From contig JAFCCH010000010.1 of assembly GCA_017610265.1 (NCBI GenBank), forward strand, positions 1 to 45,016: a DNA stretch of 45,016 bases, given 5' to 3'. Origin of the DNA: Nitrososphaerota archaeon. Its GTDB lineage: Archaea > Iainarchaeota > Iainarchaeia > Iainarchaeales > GCA-2688035. Shown here piece after piece: positions 6,866-16,564 of the stretch; the first letter of the stretch is position 1; every line of letters starts with the position of its first letter. Position numbers and translations under genes: made by a program. The notes beneath the pieces are model-generated. The model did no database searches. It was not told the DNA's origin and worked only from the letters and a program-made list of their open reading frames with translations.

Positions 6866-9800
6866 TTAGTCTTTGAAAGACCATTTTCTGCCAGGCTGTT
6901 TTTCTTCCTTTTTGCCAAAGCTTCCGATTCTGTCAAAGAAACTGCTGCTCAAACCGCTTCTGTTTACTGCGGTGTCAAATGGATTGTTCTTCTCGCCTTT
7001 TCCAAGCTGGTTTACTGCAACCAAAGCAACTGCAATAATTGCAATAATAAGCAACCCCCATGATCCGAGGCTTACAAGGTTGGGTAAAGCAAATAGTCCT
7101 GCGTTTGCCTGGTTTGAAAACTGTTCTTTGCTTACCTCTGTTTCCTCTTCAAGAAGTATTGGAGGTGCGCTAAACTTGTTAATGACTCCTGATATCAGCA
7201 ATTCTTCTGCGTCGTCTGCAATAAAGTCTGTTTTCAAAGTGTAAGAAAGTTCCCTTTCCTCTCCTGCTTCCAGTTCAATTGTCCACTCAAGAACAGGGTC
7301 GTCAACAAGCACTGTGTAATTGTCTCCTACAAGCTCTGAAGCTGTTTCAGCAAACTCTTTTGGAACAATCTCAATAACCTTTATTTCCCTGGTTTCGTCT
7401 GAATCGTTCTTTACTGTAATTGTAATAATTGCCCTGTAAACTGAGGAGTCTCCGTCTGTTATCTTCTTAATCGAAAGTTTTCTGCTGGCACTGAATGTTT
7501 CTGCAATTGCTTCTGCTTCTTCAATAAGAGTTGGGCTGAATCCAAGGTCCTGCAGCATTAATTCCAAATGCTCTTTGTTGAAAACATATCTAACAGGGTT
7601 TTCGTAATCTTCTGCTGCAAACATATCAATCAGTTCGTTGAGCTTTTCTTCGGCTTCTGCTGCTTTTTCCTCTGTATCCTCAAATTCTTCGTCGTCAAAG
7701 TCTGTTTGAGCCTCGTCCAACAAGTCTACTGCATCTGAAAGAAGTTCTGCAGCTTCATCTGAAATCTCTATTCCAAATGCCTGAATTTCTGCAATCAAAG
7801 CAACTGCTTCTTCCTTCAAGTCATCTGCTGCATCCAAAGCTGCTTGGGCATCTGCTTCGTCTCCGGAATCGGTGCCAATTTTAAGAGTTGTTACTCCGTT
7901 GTTGGTTGTAATTGTAATTGTTTTAACTGTGGTATCATTGCTGGTTCCGCTTCTGTTCTTTGCAGTTGCCTTCAAGGTATACGTTCCATCCACAACTGTT
8001 TCACTATTCCAGTCAATGCTATATCTTTCGCCTGAGGCAGTTCTGTCTGTGTCAATTGGGGTATTGTCAACCCTAAACTGAACCATGCTTACACTGCTTT
8101 GGTCGTCGTAGGCCTGAACCTTAAGTGTTATCATTCCGCTTACTGTGCTGTTGTTTCCAGGTAATTCCCAGAAAAGTTCTGGGGTGCTTGTGTCTTGATC
8201 GTTATTATTGCTGCCGTCGTTTACTGGTGTTTCTGAAAGCTCGTTGCTCCAGTCAGAAGTGTTTCCTGCACTGTCTACTGCAGCTACCCTAAAATCGTAA
8301 GAGGTTCCGTTTGTAAGGTTTGTAACCTGGTAATAGGTGTTTACTGTCCTTGCAACCTCTGAACCGTTTCTGTAAACAATGTATTCTTCAATTCCGCTTG
8401 AGCCATTGTCTTCAACAGAAGTCCAGTCAAGCTCAACTTCCTCGTCATTGCCTATTGCACTGTCAAGGGTTGGTCTGTCTGGAGGGCTTCCGTCATAATT
8501 TGTGCCTGCGTTTACTGAGGCTGATTCATTTCCAACTGCATCTTTTGCCTTTAGGTAAACAGTAACAGCACCACCTGATCCATCAAGACAGCCATAGTTT
8601 CCTGTATAGATGTTAAAGTTTGTAACAGTGCTTGAATAAGACTGCCATGCCTTCCAGTCACTGTCATTGCAGCTTAATGCTATTTGTGTACCGCTTGACA
8701 ATCCGTTTACTGTGATTGCCGGAGTCTTGTCATTGGTATAATATTCATCAATTTCTATACCTGTTACATTTGGGGCTTCTGTGTCAACTGAGAAATTCCA
8801 GTTAACGTCGCCAGTGCCGTTTCCAAGGTCGTCTTCAACGTTCAAGCCAATGTAAACAGTGTCTGCGTTTGCTTCGGCAGTTTTGTTTTCCCCGTCAATA
8901 AAAAGAGTCAGTGTAGAAATATCTACTCCTGAACCTGAATCATTGACATCAAAGCTGATTGTTGGCTTAAGAACATTTACGTCACTTGAAGGCTCCTTAT
9001 TGTTAACAGTTGGAGCATTTCCTGCGGTTACTGTTACAATTTCCAAGCTTGTGTCTGTTGCTGCATCATCGTCTGTTGCTGTAAGAGTTACTGTATAAGT
9101 GTCTGCGCCTGTGAATGTATGGGTCATGCTGTCAGTAAAGTCTTCTTCTGCACTTCCGTCACCAAAATCGATTTTGCAGGTGGCTATATCATCATCTGCG
9201 TCAGTGCATGAGCCTGTAAAAGTTACTTCTACTGTTTCAACGCCTGAATCAGGTGTTCCACTTAAGCTTGCAACTGGGTCAGAATTTACAATTGTGACTT
9301 CTGCACTTTGAACTAGGTCCCCAGGGCTTGTGCCTGTTTCTGCAACTGGTGTAACCTCACATTTCCAGGCTTCACCTTTTGCTGTTTTGCTTGAGTCAAG
9401 GGTTGAAGCTGTTTCCCCTGCTTCCACAATAGTGTCTTTAAACCATTTGAAAGTGCTGGTTCCCTCGGCGTCTGATTCATTGTCGTTGTAAGTGTAATTG
9501 CAGGTTAATTCATCGCTTGTATTGCCTAGATCAGGTGTAATTGCTACCTCTGTTGCAGTTGGTGCGGTGTTTTCATTAACAGTTATAATTGCATTATCTG
9601 AGGCATTTGGATCTATTTCGTTTTTGCCTGTTAAGGTTGTAATATATGGAGATGCGATATTTGTGCATGTTACTTCAATTGATGAAGTCGCTGAAATAGT
9701 TCCAATTCCGTTTATTATTGGATTGGCAGTTGTACATTCTGCTGCTGGAACTTCCCATGAACATTCAGTTACTTCAGCATCATCAGTACAAGTTCCTTCA

Positions 9801-9925
9801 AGAAGAACCATAACGTTATTTGTGGTTATTTTATCTTCGCCTGCATCTGCGGTTATCGCAAAAACACTGGCACTTATTAGAATTAATGATATTAACAGGA
9901 AGGCAAACTTTTTTATCACTCCCAA
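6866..9925 (-). CDS. large acidic cell-surface protein (signal peptide; Ig-like, PKD, FN3 and Big domains; acidic helical stalk; C-terminal TM anchor and basic tail)
   Basis: Signal peptide KKFAFLLISLILISASVFA; PKD motif IDFGDG..HTFTGADTYTVTLT; FN3 motif VELDW...NLTNGTSYDFRVAAVD; TM WGLLIIAIIAVALVAV. Confidence 0.85.
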   Translation of the reverse strand: MGVIKKFAFLLISLILISASVFAITADAGEDKITTNNVMVLLEGTCTDDAEVTECSWEVPAAECTTANPIINGIGTISATSSIEVTCTNIASPYITTLTGKNEIDPNASDNAIITVNENTAPTATEVAITPDLGNTSDELTCNYTYNDNESDAEGTSTFKWFKDTIVEAGETASTLDSSKTAKGEAWKCEVTPVAETGTSPGDLVQSAEVTIVNSDPVASLSGTPDSGVETVEVTFTGSCTDADDDIATCKIDFGDGSAEEDFTDSMTHTFTGADTYTVTLTATDDDAATDTSLEIVTVTAGNAPTVNNKEPSSDVNVLKPTISFDVNDSGSGVDISTLTLFIDGENKTAEANADTVYIGLNVEDDLGNGTGDVNWNFSVDTEAPNVTGIEIDEYYTNDKTPAITVNGLSSGTQIALSCNDSDWKAWQSYSSTVTNFNIYTGNYGCLDGSGGAVTVYLKAKDAVGNESASVNAGTNYDGSPPDRPTLDSAIGNDEEVELDWTSVEDNGSSGIEEYIVYRNGSEVARTVNTYYQVTNLTNGTSYDFRVAAVDSAGNTSDWSNELSETPVNDGSNNNDQDTSTPELFWELPGNNSTVSGMITLKVQAYDDQSSVSMVQFRVDNTPIDTDRTASGERYSIDWNSETVVDGTYTLKATAKNRSGTSNDTTVKTITITTNNGVTTLKIGTDSGDEADAQAALDAADDLKEEAVALIAEIQAFGIEISDEAAELLSDAVDLLDEAQTDFDDEEFEDTEEKAAEAEEKLNELIDMFAAEDYENPVRYVFNKEHLELMLQDLGFSPTLIEEAEAIAETFSASRKLSIKKITDGDSSVYRAIITITVKNDSDETREIKVIEIVPKEFAETASELVGDNYTVLVDDPVLEWTIELEAGEERELSYTLKTDFIADDAEELLISGVINKFSAPPILLEEETEVSKEQFSNQANAGLFALPNLVSLGSWGLLIIAIIAVALVAVNQLGKGEKNNPFDTAVNRSGLSSSFFDRIGSFGKKEEKQPGRKWSFKD

Positions 9926-10085
9926 ACCCCCACTGCTCCTTTGTCAGAAGCGTTTTTTGTTATGTATATTTGTTTATGGTTTGATAATGTGGCATCTGAG
10001 CTATTGCTCTTACTTATCTTTGTGCACTTCTCTTTAAAAACTTTTTTGCATTTTGACCTCTTATCAACGGCTTTCAAGTGATTTT

Positions 10086-10550
10086 ATGGATATACATAAT
10101 TTTTTGATGTTTGTTTTTTTAACTTTCTTGCCGACTCTTGAGTTGAGGGCTAGCATTCCTTATGGCATTCTTGTTCTTGAATTGCCTTGGTGGCAGGTCT
10201 TTTTGATGGCTGTAATTCTAAACTTTATTTTTGGAGTTGCACTTTATCAGTTCCTTGATTTCTTTGTAAAGCTCTTTACAAAAGTCCCATTTATTAAAGA
10301 AATATATAATGGGCTTGTTGAAAGGACTCAGAGAAAGGTTGAGCCCTTTGTGGAAAAATATGGCACAATTGGAATTGCCTTGTTTATTGCTGTTCCATTG
10401 CCTGGTTCAGGGGTTTGGACAGGGGCTTTGGCTGCCTATTTGCTTGGAATGAAACATAGGAAATTTGCCCTTGCAGCATTGATTGGGGTAATCCTTGCGG
10501 GTCTTGTTGTAACAGTTGTTTCACTTGGTCTGCTTAACAGTTTTGCCTAA
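10086..10550 (+). CDS. small multi-drug export family (COG2426) membrane protein
   Basis: FLPTLELRASIPYG, LFIAVPLPGSGVWTGAL; ATG 10086 preferred over TTG 10053. Confidence 0.88.
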   Translation: MDIHNFLMFVFLTFLPTLELRASIPYGILVLELPWWQVFLMAVILNFIFGVALYQFLDFFVKLFTKVPFIKEIYNGLVERTQRKVEPFVEKYGTIGIALFIAVPLPGSGVWTGALAAYLLGMKHRKFALAALIGVILAGLVVTVVSLGLLNSFA

Positions 10551-10622
10551 TTGCTGGCCTTGCCTGATTAGCTTAATTAGATTGCCTGAATTTTGTATTG
10601 CCTTTGTTGCATTGCCTGATTA
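10543..10622. repeat. cluster of TTGCCT(GA) motifs between convergent genes
   Basis: TTGCCT at 10543, 10560, 10582, 10598 and 10612; ttgcctgatta occurs twice. Confidence 0.6.
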
Positions 10623-11375
10623 CTTTACTTTTGGAATAGCTTTTGTCAAAAGGTCGGTAACCTTTTTAACATTGTTGTGGAAAATCTTGAGAATTTCTTC
10701 CCATTTTGCAGGTGGCTCGTCTTCTGCCCAGCTGTCATAATCTGTTGACATTGCAATTGCGGCATAGGGAATTCCTGCCTCGTTTGCAAGGCTGCATTCT
10801 GGGGCAACAGACATATTGATTACGTCAGCTCCCCATATTCTAAACATCTTTGATTCAGCCCTTGTTGAAAAGCGAGGGCCTTCAATTGTAATAACTGTTC
10901 CCTTTGAATGGAACTTTAATCCAAGCTCTTTGCAGGATTCAATTAACACTTTTCTAAGGTTTTCTGCAAAAGGGTCTGGCATTGCAGTGTGCTTTGCGTT
11001 TTTTCCACCTGGGGCGAATTCTTCAAAGAAAGTAAGCTTTCTAAGCCTTGTAAAGTCAATGAACTGGTCCAATACAACAAAATCGCCTCTTTCAATCTCT
11101 TTTCTCAAAGAGCCGCAGGCAGTAGTTGCAATAATTTGTGTTACTCCCTGGTCCTTCATTGCCTGAATGTTTGCCCTGGAATTAATCTGGCTTGGCGGGA
11201 TAGTATGTTCTCTGCCATGCCTTGCAAGCAAGCAAACCTTTTTGCCGCCAATCTCGCCTATTTTTAAGGGAGAGCTTGGCTTGCCATACTTTGTTTCAAC
11301 CTCTACATTCTTTGCATTCTTCAAAATTTTTGGATTATCCAATCCAGAGCCGCCGATTATTCCAATCATCTTCAT
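10620..11375 (-). CDS. mtnP: S-methyl-5'-thioadenosine phosphorylase
   Basis: GIIGGSG, LARHG..H.IPP, TACGSLR, DQFIDFT, IEGPRFSTRAES, INMS..PE, STDYD. Confidence 0.93.
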   Translation of the reverse strand: MKMIGIIGGSGLDNPKILKNAKNVEVETKYGKPSSPLKIGEIGGKKVCLLARHGREHTIPPSQINSRANIQAMKDQGVTQIIATTACGSLRKEIERGDFVVLDQFIDFTRLRKLTFFEEFAPGGKNAKHTAMPDPFAENLRKVLIESCKELGLKFHSKGTVITIEGPRFSTRAESKMFRIWGADVINMSVAPECSLANEAGIPYAAIAMSTDYDSWAEDEPPAKWEEILKIFHNNVKKVTDLLTKAIPKVK

Positions 11376-11902
11376 TCCTCTTTGTCGTATTTTATAAGAG
11401 AGCAGATGTCATATCCCTTGATTTTGTCCCTGCCCTTCAAAAAAGTTAATTCCACAAGACATGCAATGCCGTTTACCTTGCCGCCGAGCTTTTCAACGAG
11501 GTCAATTGAAGCCCTAAGGGTTCCTGCTGTTGCGATTAGATCGTCACATACTAACACACTTTCTCCTTTTTCAATTGCGTCTTTGTGTATTTCAAATGCG
11601 TCAGTTGAATACTCTGTTTTAAATTCTTGTTTTATTGTTTCAGACGGAAGCTTTCCGGGCTTTCTCAAAGGAACAAATCCTGCGTGAAACTCGTAGGCCA
11701 GAACAGAACCAAGAATAAAGCCCCTCGCCTCTGTACTTACAACTTTGTCAAAGTGAAGGTCTTTCTTCATAAAATATTCAACCAAATCGTCAATTGCCTT
11801 TCTAAAAGCAGGCGCGTCCTGCAAAAGGGTTGTAATATCTTTGAACATTATTCCTTCTTTTGGAAAATTTGGAATTGTTCTGATTTTTTTAGTTAAATCC
11901 AT
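11372..11902 (-). CDS. apt: adenine phosphoribosyltransferase
   Basis: IPNFPKEGIMFKDITTLL, EARGFILG, LRKPGKLP, VCDDLIATAGT; stop overlaps the mtnP start (ATGA). Confidence 0.95.
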   Translation of the reverse strand: MDLTKKIRTIPNFPKEGIMFKDITTLLQDAPAFRKAIDDLVEYFMKKDLHFDKVVSTEARGFILGSVLAYEFHAGFVPLRKPGKLPSETIKQEFKTEYSTDAFEIHKDAIEKGESVLVCDDLIATAGTLRASIDLVEKLGGKVNGIACLVELTFLKGRDKIKGYDICSLIKYDKEE

Positions 11903-11956
11903 TTTAAATCATTTAATTCTAGCTGAAAAAGAAATTTAAAGCATTGCCTGCTTGCC

Positions 11957-12838
11957 CTATTTCCTTTTCCTGTTTTTTCCTGGGTAAAGGGCAAGTTCGC
12001 GAGCGTAAAGTCTTAATACTTCGGGCAGCCATATTTTGCCCTCGTTTCTTATAAATTTTCTTATGGCTTCAGGCGTTCTTTCAATAATTGCAATTTTTGG
12101 AGGTTTCCATTTTTTATTTTCTAATTTTTCAAAGAGCCTTCTTGCTTCTTCAGGAGTAATACCTGCCCTTATAACATGCACAATGTCATAATTTGCATTT
12201 TTTTCTTTAAGGTGCAATGCAAAGGCTTCTCCTTTTCCAGACTTTTTAAATCCCTTTCCAATAACATTCATTTTACTTAGAGGAATTCCTGTTTCTTCCC
12301 GTATTTTTTTCTTAAGAGCGTCAAGAGGTTTAGTCTTTGCCATTGTTAATCCGGCGGCAAAGTCAAAATGCAAAGGACCTCCTGTTGCAACATTTCTAGG
12401 TCTTTGAATTAGCATAATATAAGTGGGTTTTCCTTTTTTGTCCACCAGTTCAATTAATGCATTTGCTCCAATGGAATAAGGTGCTTTCTTAAACCGCTTT
12501 TTTTTCATTTCAACGGCTCTCTTTTGTTGATTTTTTCCCTTTCTTGCTCCATACCATTTTGAAAATTTTGTTTCAGCAGTTGGGATTAGAACACCTGCTT
12601 TTTTCCTGGTGCTTCCCTGTTTTACTTTTCCAATTCGCCTAATGCTTCCGTCAAAAGTAGCTGGATTATTTTTAGCAAGGTTTGCATAATGCCTTCGCTC
12701 TTCTGCATTTGTTTTCACAGCCGGCATTTTTTCTGGCCTGTAAACAGGCTTGAACCAAGGTCCTGCAACCAGTTTTCGCTGCCTTTTTCTTAACTCAGAA
12801 ATCTGCCTTTTTCTCACACTTGTCTTTGGCTTAGGCAT
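11957..12838 (-). CDS. highly basic protein with a degenerate Nudix box
   Basis: MLIQR...FDFAAGLTMAKTKPLDALKKKIREETGI; very K/R rich; overlaps the stop of the upstream gene. Confidence 0.6.
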   Translation of the reverse strand: MPKPKTSVRKRQISELRKRQRKLVAGPWFKPVYRPEKMPAVKTNAEERRHYANLAKNNPATFDGSIRRIGKVKQGSTRKKAGVLIPTAETKFSKWYGARKGKNQQKRAVEMKKKRFKKAPYSIGANALIELVDKKGKPTYIMLIQRPRNVATGGPLHFDFAAGLTMAKTKPLDALKKKIREETGIPLSKMNVIGKGFKKSGKGEAFALHLKEKNANYDIVHVIRAGITPEEARRLFEKLENKKWKPPKIAIIERTPEAIRKFIRNEGKIWLPEVLRLYARELALYPGKNRKRK

Positions 12839-13574
12839 CTAGTTCACTTTTTGTAAAGCCCTTCCATTCCTTGATTGCGTGTTCATACCTTTCAAAAGTG
12901 TCTGTCTGTAAAAATTGCCTTTCACCCATATCAACGCCGTAAAGTTTGTCTTCCTCTGCAAGCTTTGGAAAGACCTCTTTCTCAATGCTCATCTTCTGCC
13001 CCTTTGGAATGTAGTCAAAAATCTTTGGGCTAAGGATGTAGGCTCCTGCGTGAATCAATTTAAAGCCCTCTTCCTCATCAGGCGGCTTCTCGCTGAACTC
13101 GGTAATCTGCTCTCCCTCCAACTTGACAAGGCCGCCTGCCTTTGTATAGGCAACGGTTGCAAGCGCAAGGCAGGCAACGGCGTCGTTTTTGTCAAAAACC
13201 TTGCTCATTGCGCCAAAGTCAATATCTTTCAGTTCGTCTCCGTTCATTCCAATAAATTTTTTCTCGTTCTTAAAGTGCTCTTCGGCAATCTTGAGTGCGC
13301 CGGCTGTTCCCATGTACTCTTCTTCAATATGGTAGTGGAGCTGCACATCCAATGCTTTGCCGTCTTTGAACTTTTCTTCAATTTGCTCGTGCTTGAAGCC
13401 AACAGCAAGACTAATGTCTTTTACTCCAAACTTTTTTACAAGCTCAATGTTCCACTGCAAACAGGGTTTTCCCTGAACAGGCAAAATAAGCTTGCTTAAT
13501 TCAAGCGTAATCGGTCTAAGCCTTGTGCCAAGTCCGCCGGCCAAGATAAATGCTTTCTCAATTCCAAAATTCAA
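12831..13574 (-). CDS. sugar-phosphate nucleotidyltransferase (mannose-1-P guanylyltransferase-like, no LbH domain)
   Basis: AFILAGGLGTRLRPIT, GTAGALK, NGDEL, FSEKP, SIEKEVFP; GGTGA SD before a TTG start. Confidence 0.9.
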   Translation of the reverse strand: MNFGIEKAFILAGGLGTRLRPITLELSKLILPVQGKPCLQWNIELVKKFGVKDISLAVGFKHEQIEEKFKDGKALDVQLHYHIEEEYMGTAGALKIAEEHFKNEKKFIGMNGDELKDIDFGAMSKVFDKNDAVACLALATVAYTKAGGLVKLEGEQITEFSEKPPDEEEGFKLIHAGAYILSPKIFDYIPKGQKMSIEKEVFPKLAEEDKLYGVDMGERQFLQTDTFERYEHAIKEWKGFTKSELDA

Positions 13575-13713
13575 ACTCTCACCAATTAATTCTTTTGTGC
13601 TTTGATTAATTTAAACCTATTCAATGCGACTTTTATTGCTTTTGTCATTGCACCAATTGGTTTTTTATTGTTTCAGCAGGTTAATTCATTTAATCAAACA
13701 AGGCGTTTTTTTA

Positions 13714-14331
13714 ATGAACAGACTACAGTATTTCGTTTCAAATTTTAGGGGAAAAGTCCTGAATATAGGCTGTTATGACTCAAAATCCTATGATTTAATG
13801 CTTGACTCGGGCTACAAAGACCTTTACGGTCTTGACATTGTTGAAGGGGACTCAAGTAGGAGAATAAGAAAGGGAGACGCCCTCAAAATGAATTTCAAAA
13901 ACGAGTTTGACGTCATAATTGCAGGAGAGCTTGTAGAGCATCTTCATCCAAAGGAAGCAAGCCTTTTTTTGAAAAACTGCTTTAATGCTCTAAAAGAAGG
14001 CGGGGAAATAATTCTTACAACTCCAAACAAGCTGGCTTGGTCAAACAGGCTTTTTCACAAGTTTGACAATGCATCTCCCGCAATGTACCAGGGCCATGTT
14101 CATGTTTTCAAAATAAATGAACTGGAAAATTTTCTTGCTGGCTCAAATTTTGCAGTTGAAGACAGCTTTTGCCTTCCATATTTAAGGGAAGCAAGCCCAA
14201 ACCATTCAGAAATTGTTTACCTTGTTCGAAGCCTTGTTCACTATCTCTTGCCCAAGGGTTTGCAGGAACAGATTGTTATAAAGGCAAAGAAATTAGATGC
14301 AAATGCAAAGCAAAAGAAGGTGAATGAATGA
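13714..14331 (+). CDS. class I SAM-dependent methyltransferase
   Basis: VLNIGC, GLDI, GDA, FDVIIAGELVEHL, LKEGGEIILTTPN; ATG 13714 preferred. Confidence 0.85.
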   Translation: MNRLQYFVSNFRGKVLNIGCYDSKSYDLMLDSGYKDLYGLDIVEGDSSRRIRKGDALKMNFKNEFDVIIAGELVEHLHPKEASLFLKNCFNALKEGGEIILTTPNKLAWSNRLFHKFDNASPAMYQGHVHVFKINELENFLAGSNFAVEDSFCLPYLREASPNHSEIVYLVRSLVHYLLPKGLQEQIVIKAKKLDANAKQKKVNE

Positions 14332-15179
14332 TTGGACTAAGCTCAAGCTATTATGGGCTGCAAAAGAAAAAAGTTTACGAGTCTGCAAAAAGCGTTTTTG
14401 ACCTTGGCTTTGAAACAGTTGAGTTAGGTGCGGCCCACGGCCCTGAAGAAAACATTTGGGACACTGTGAAAAAAATAAAGCACGACTTTCCAGACAAAAA
14501 TTACACAGTGCACGGCCTCTTTCCTCCGCCTGAACAAAGAATGTGGTTTAATGCAAGCCTTGGCCTGACCAAGCAAAACAATGCAGCAGTTGAAGCATTC
14601 TTCAAAACAGCTGAAATCACTGAGGCAAAAATGGTTTCAATTCATCCTGGCTTCAGGGAAGAAATTATTTGGAAAGAACATGATGAGCCGGAATCAAGGC
14701 CGGCCACTCAAAGAAAAATTCCTGAAGAAAAAGCATGGGAAGGCGTATTCAAAGTAATTGAAAAAAGTTTAAATCTTGCCGAAGACGTTGGATGCAATTT
14801 TGCAATTGAGAATGTTCCAAACATTGCAATTCCGCTTGTTTATTCTCCCAATGACTTTGAGAAAACATTTGAAAAATTTCCTGATTTGAAGCTCTTGCTT
14901 GACTATGGCCATGCCTTATACGACAATGTTTTGCCAATCTTTCTTGACAAGTTCCACAACAAAATTGGACAGGTTCACTTGCATTTTTCAAGGGCTGAGG
15001 CAATCGCCCCAACGGCAGACGAGCACGATCCAATAACCTCTTTTGACCAGGTTAATCCCCTGTTGAAAGTAAAGCAATTCAAGGAAATTCCAATTATTTT
15101 TGAACACTGGCCTAAGACAAAGGAAAGCCAGATTGCTGAGGAAAAGAAGCTAATTGAGAAATTTGAGAGTAAGTTCTAA
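14328..15179 (+). CDS. sugar phosphate isomerase/epimerase (xylose isomerase-like TIM barrel)
   Basis: GFETVEL, TVHG, SIHPG, AIENV, LDYGHA, VHLH, DEH, IFEH metal-site pattern. Confidence 0.8.
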   Translation: MIGLSSSYYGLQKKKVYESAKSVFDLGFETVELGAAHGPEENIWDTVKKIKHDFPDKNYTVHGLFPPPEQRMWFNASLGLTKQNNAAVEAFFKTAEITEAKMVSIHPGFREEIIWKEHDEPESRPATQRKIPEEKAWEGVFKVIEKSLNLAEDVGCNFAIENVPNIAIPLVYSPNDFEKTFEKFPDLKLLLDYGHALYDNVLPIFLDKFHNKIGQVHLHFSRAEAIAPTADEHDPITSFDQVNPLLKVKQFKEIPIIFEHWPKTKESQIAEEKKLIEKFESKF

Positions 15180-15240
15180 AGCTTGGTACATGGCTCAAAG
15201 AAATAGCTTTTTTAAGAGTTCTTGATTTTTGTTCTTTATC

Positions 15241-15247
15241 AGGAGGT
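15241..15247 (+). promoter_or_regulatory. Shine-Dalgarno site AGGAGGT for ugd
   Basis: 7 nt upstream of ATG 15255; TTTTTTAA box near 15208. Confidence 0.7.
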
Positions 15248-15254
15248 ATATATT

Positions 15255-16562
15255 ATGAAGGTTGCAGTGATAGGAACTGGTTATGTTGGCCTTGTGGCAG
15301 GCACTTGTTTTGCAGACATGGGAAACGACGTAATTTGTGTGGACATCGACGAGAAAAAGATAAAAACTTTGAACGAGGGAAAGGTTCCTATTTATGAGCC
15401 AGGCCTTGACAAATTGATTAAGAAAAATGTTTCGGCAAAAAAACTTATTTTTACGACAAATTTTGATGACGCAATCAGAAAAAGCGAAGTTATCTTTATC
15501 GCGGTTGGAACGCCTCCAAAGCCAAAGGGAGACGCAGACCTAAGCTATGTTGAAAATGTGGCCAGGGGAATTGCCTCTGTTGCCAAAAAGCCAAAGATCG
15601 TTGTTGAAAAAAGCACTGTTCCGGTCCAAACCTGCAAAAGAATAATGCAGGTTCTTGACTGCAACGAAGGAGATGACAACGGCAAGTGTATCAAACATTT
15701 GGTTGTAAGCAATCCGGAATTCCTAAGGGAAGGAAGTGCAGTTGACGACTTCTTGCACCCTGACAGAATTGTTGTCGGAACAGACGACGAAAAGGCTGAA
15801 AAGGTAATGGACAAGCTTTACAAACCTCTTAATTCAAAGATTCTTTTTACAGACATTCAAAGTGCTGAATTGATAAAGCACGCAAGTAACAGTTTCCTTG
15901 CAACAAAAATCAGTTTTATCAATGCGGTTGCAAATGTTTGTGAAAAAACAGGTGCAGACATTGAAAAGGTTGCAGAGGGAATGGGTCTTGATGATCGAAT
16001 TGGCCGAAACTTCCTCAATGCGGGAATTGGATACGGCGGATTCTGTTTTCCAAAAGATGTTGAAGCCTTTATCAGAATCTCTGACAAGAACGGATATGAT
16101 TTCAAGCTCTTGAAAGAGGTTCAGGCAGTTAACAAGGGCCAGAGAGAACTATTCCTCAAAAAGATTGAGGACTCAATCTGGAACCTTAACGGCAAAACCA
16201 TTGGGGTTTTGGGTCTTGCGTTTAAGCCAAACACTGACGACATGAGGTTTGCACCAAGCATTGATATCATTAATACTTTGCTCGAAGAAGGGGCAAAGGT
16301 AAAAGCCTATGACCCAGAAGCAATGGGCAGGGCAAAAACCATTTTCAAGGACAAGATAGAGTACTGCGACGACATGTATGCAGTTCCAAAGGATGTCGAC
16401 GCCCTTTTGTTCCTAACTGAATGGGATGAGTTTAAGAAAATTGACCTTGAAAAGGTAAAGAAGATGATGAAGCAGCCATTTGTCTTTGATGGACGAAACA
16501 TGTTCAATCCAAAGGACATGAGGGCAATGGGCTTCAAGTACGAAAGCATTGGAAGGCTCTAA
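15255..16562 (+). CDS. ugd: UDP-glucose 6-dehydrogenase
   Basis: IGTGYVGL, PIYEPGL, IAVGTP, EKSTVPV, SNPEFLREG, GYGGFCFPKD, LAFKPNTDDMR, DGRN. Confidence 0.93.
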   Translation: MKVAVIGTGYVGLVAGTCFADMGNDVICVDIDEKKIKTLNEGKVPIYEPGLDKLIKKNVSAKKLIFTTNFDDAIRKSEVIFIAVGTPPKPKGDADLSYVENVARGIASVAKKPKIVVEKSTVPVQTCKRIMQVLDCNEGDDNGKCIKHLVVSNPEFLREGSAVDDFLHPDRIVVGTDDEKAEKVMDKLYKPLNSKILFTDIQSAELIKHASNSFLATKISFINAVANVCEKTGADIEKVAEGMGLDDRIGRNFLNAGIGYGGFCFPKDVEAFIRISDKNGYDFKLLKEVQAVNKGQRELFLKKIEDSIWNLNGKTIGVLGLAFKPNTDDMRFAPSIDIINTLLEEGAKVKAYDPEAMGRAKTIFKDKIEYCDDMYAVPKDVDALLFLTEWDEFKKIDLEKVKKMMKQPFVFDGRNMFNPKDMRAMGFKYESIGRL

Positions 16563-16564
16563 AG

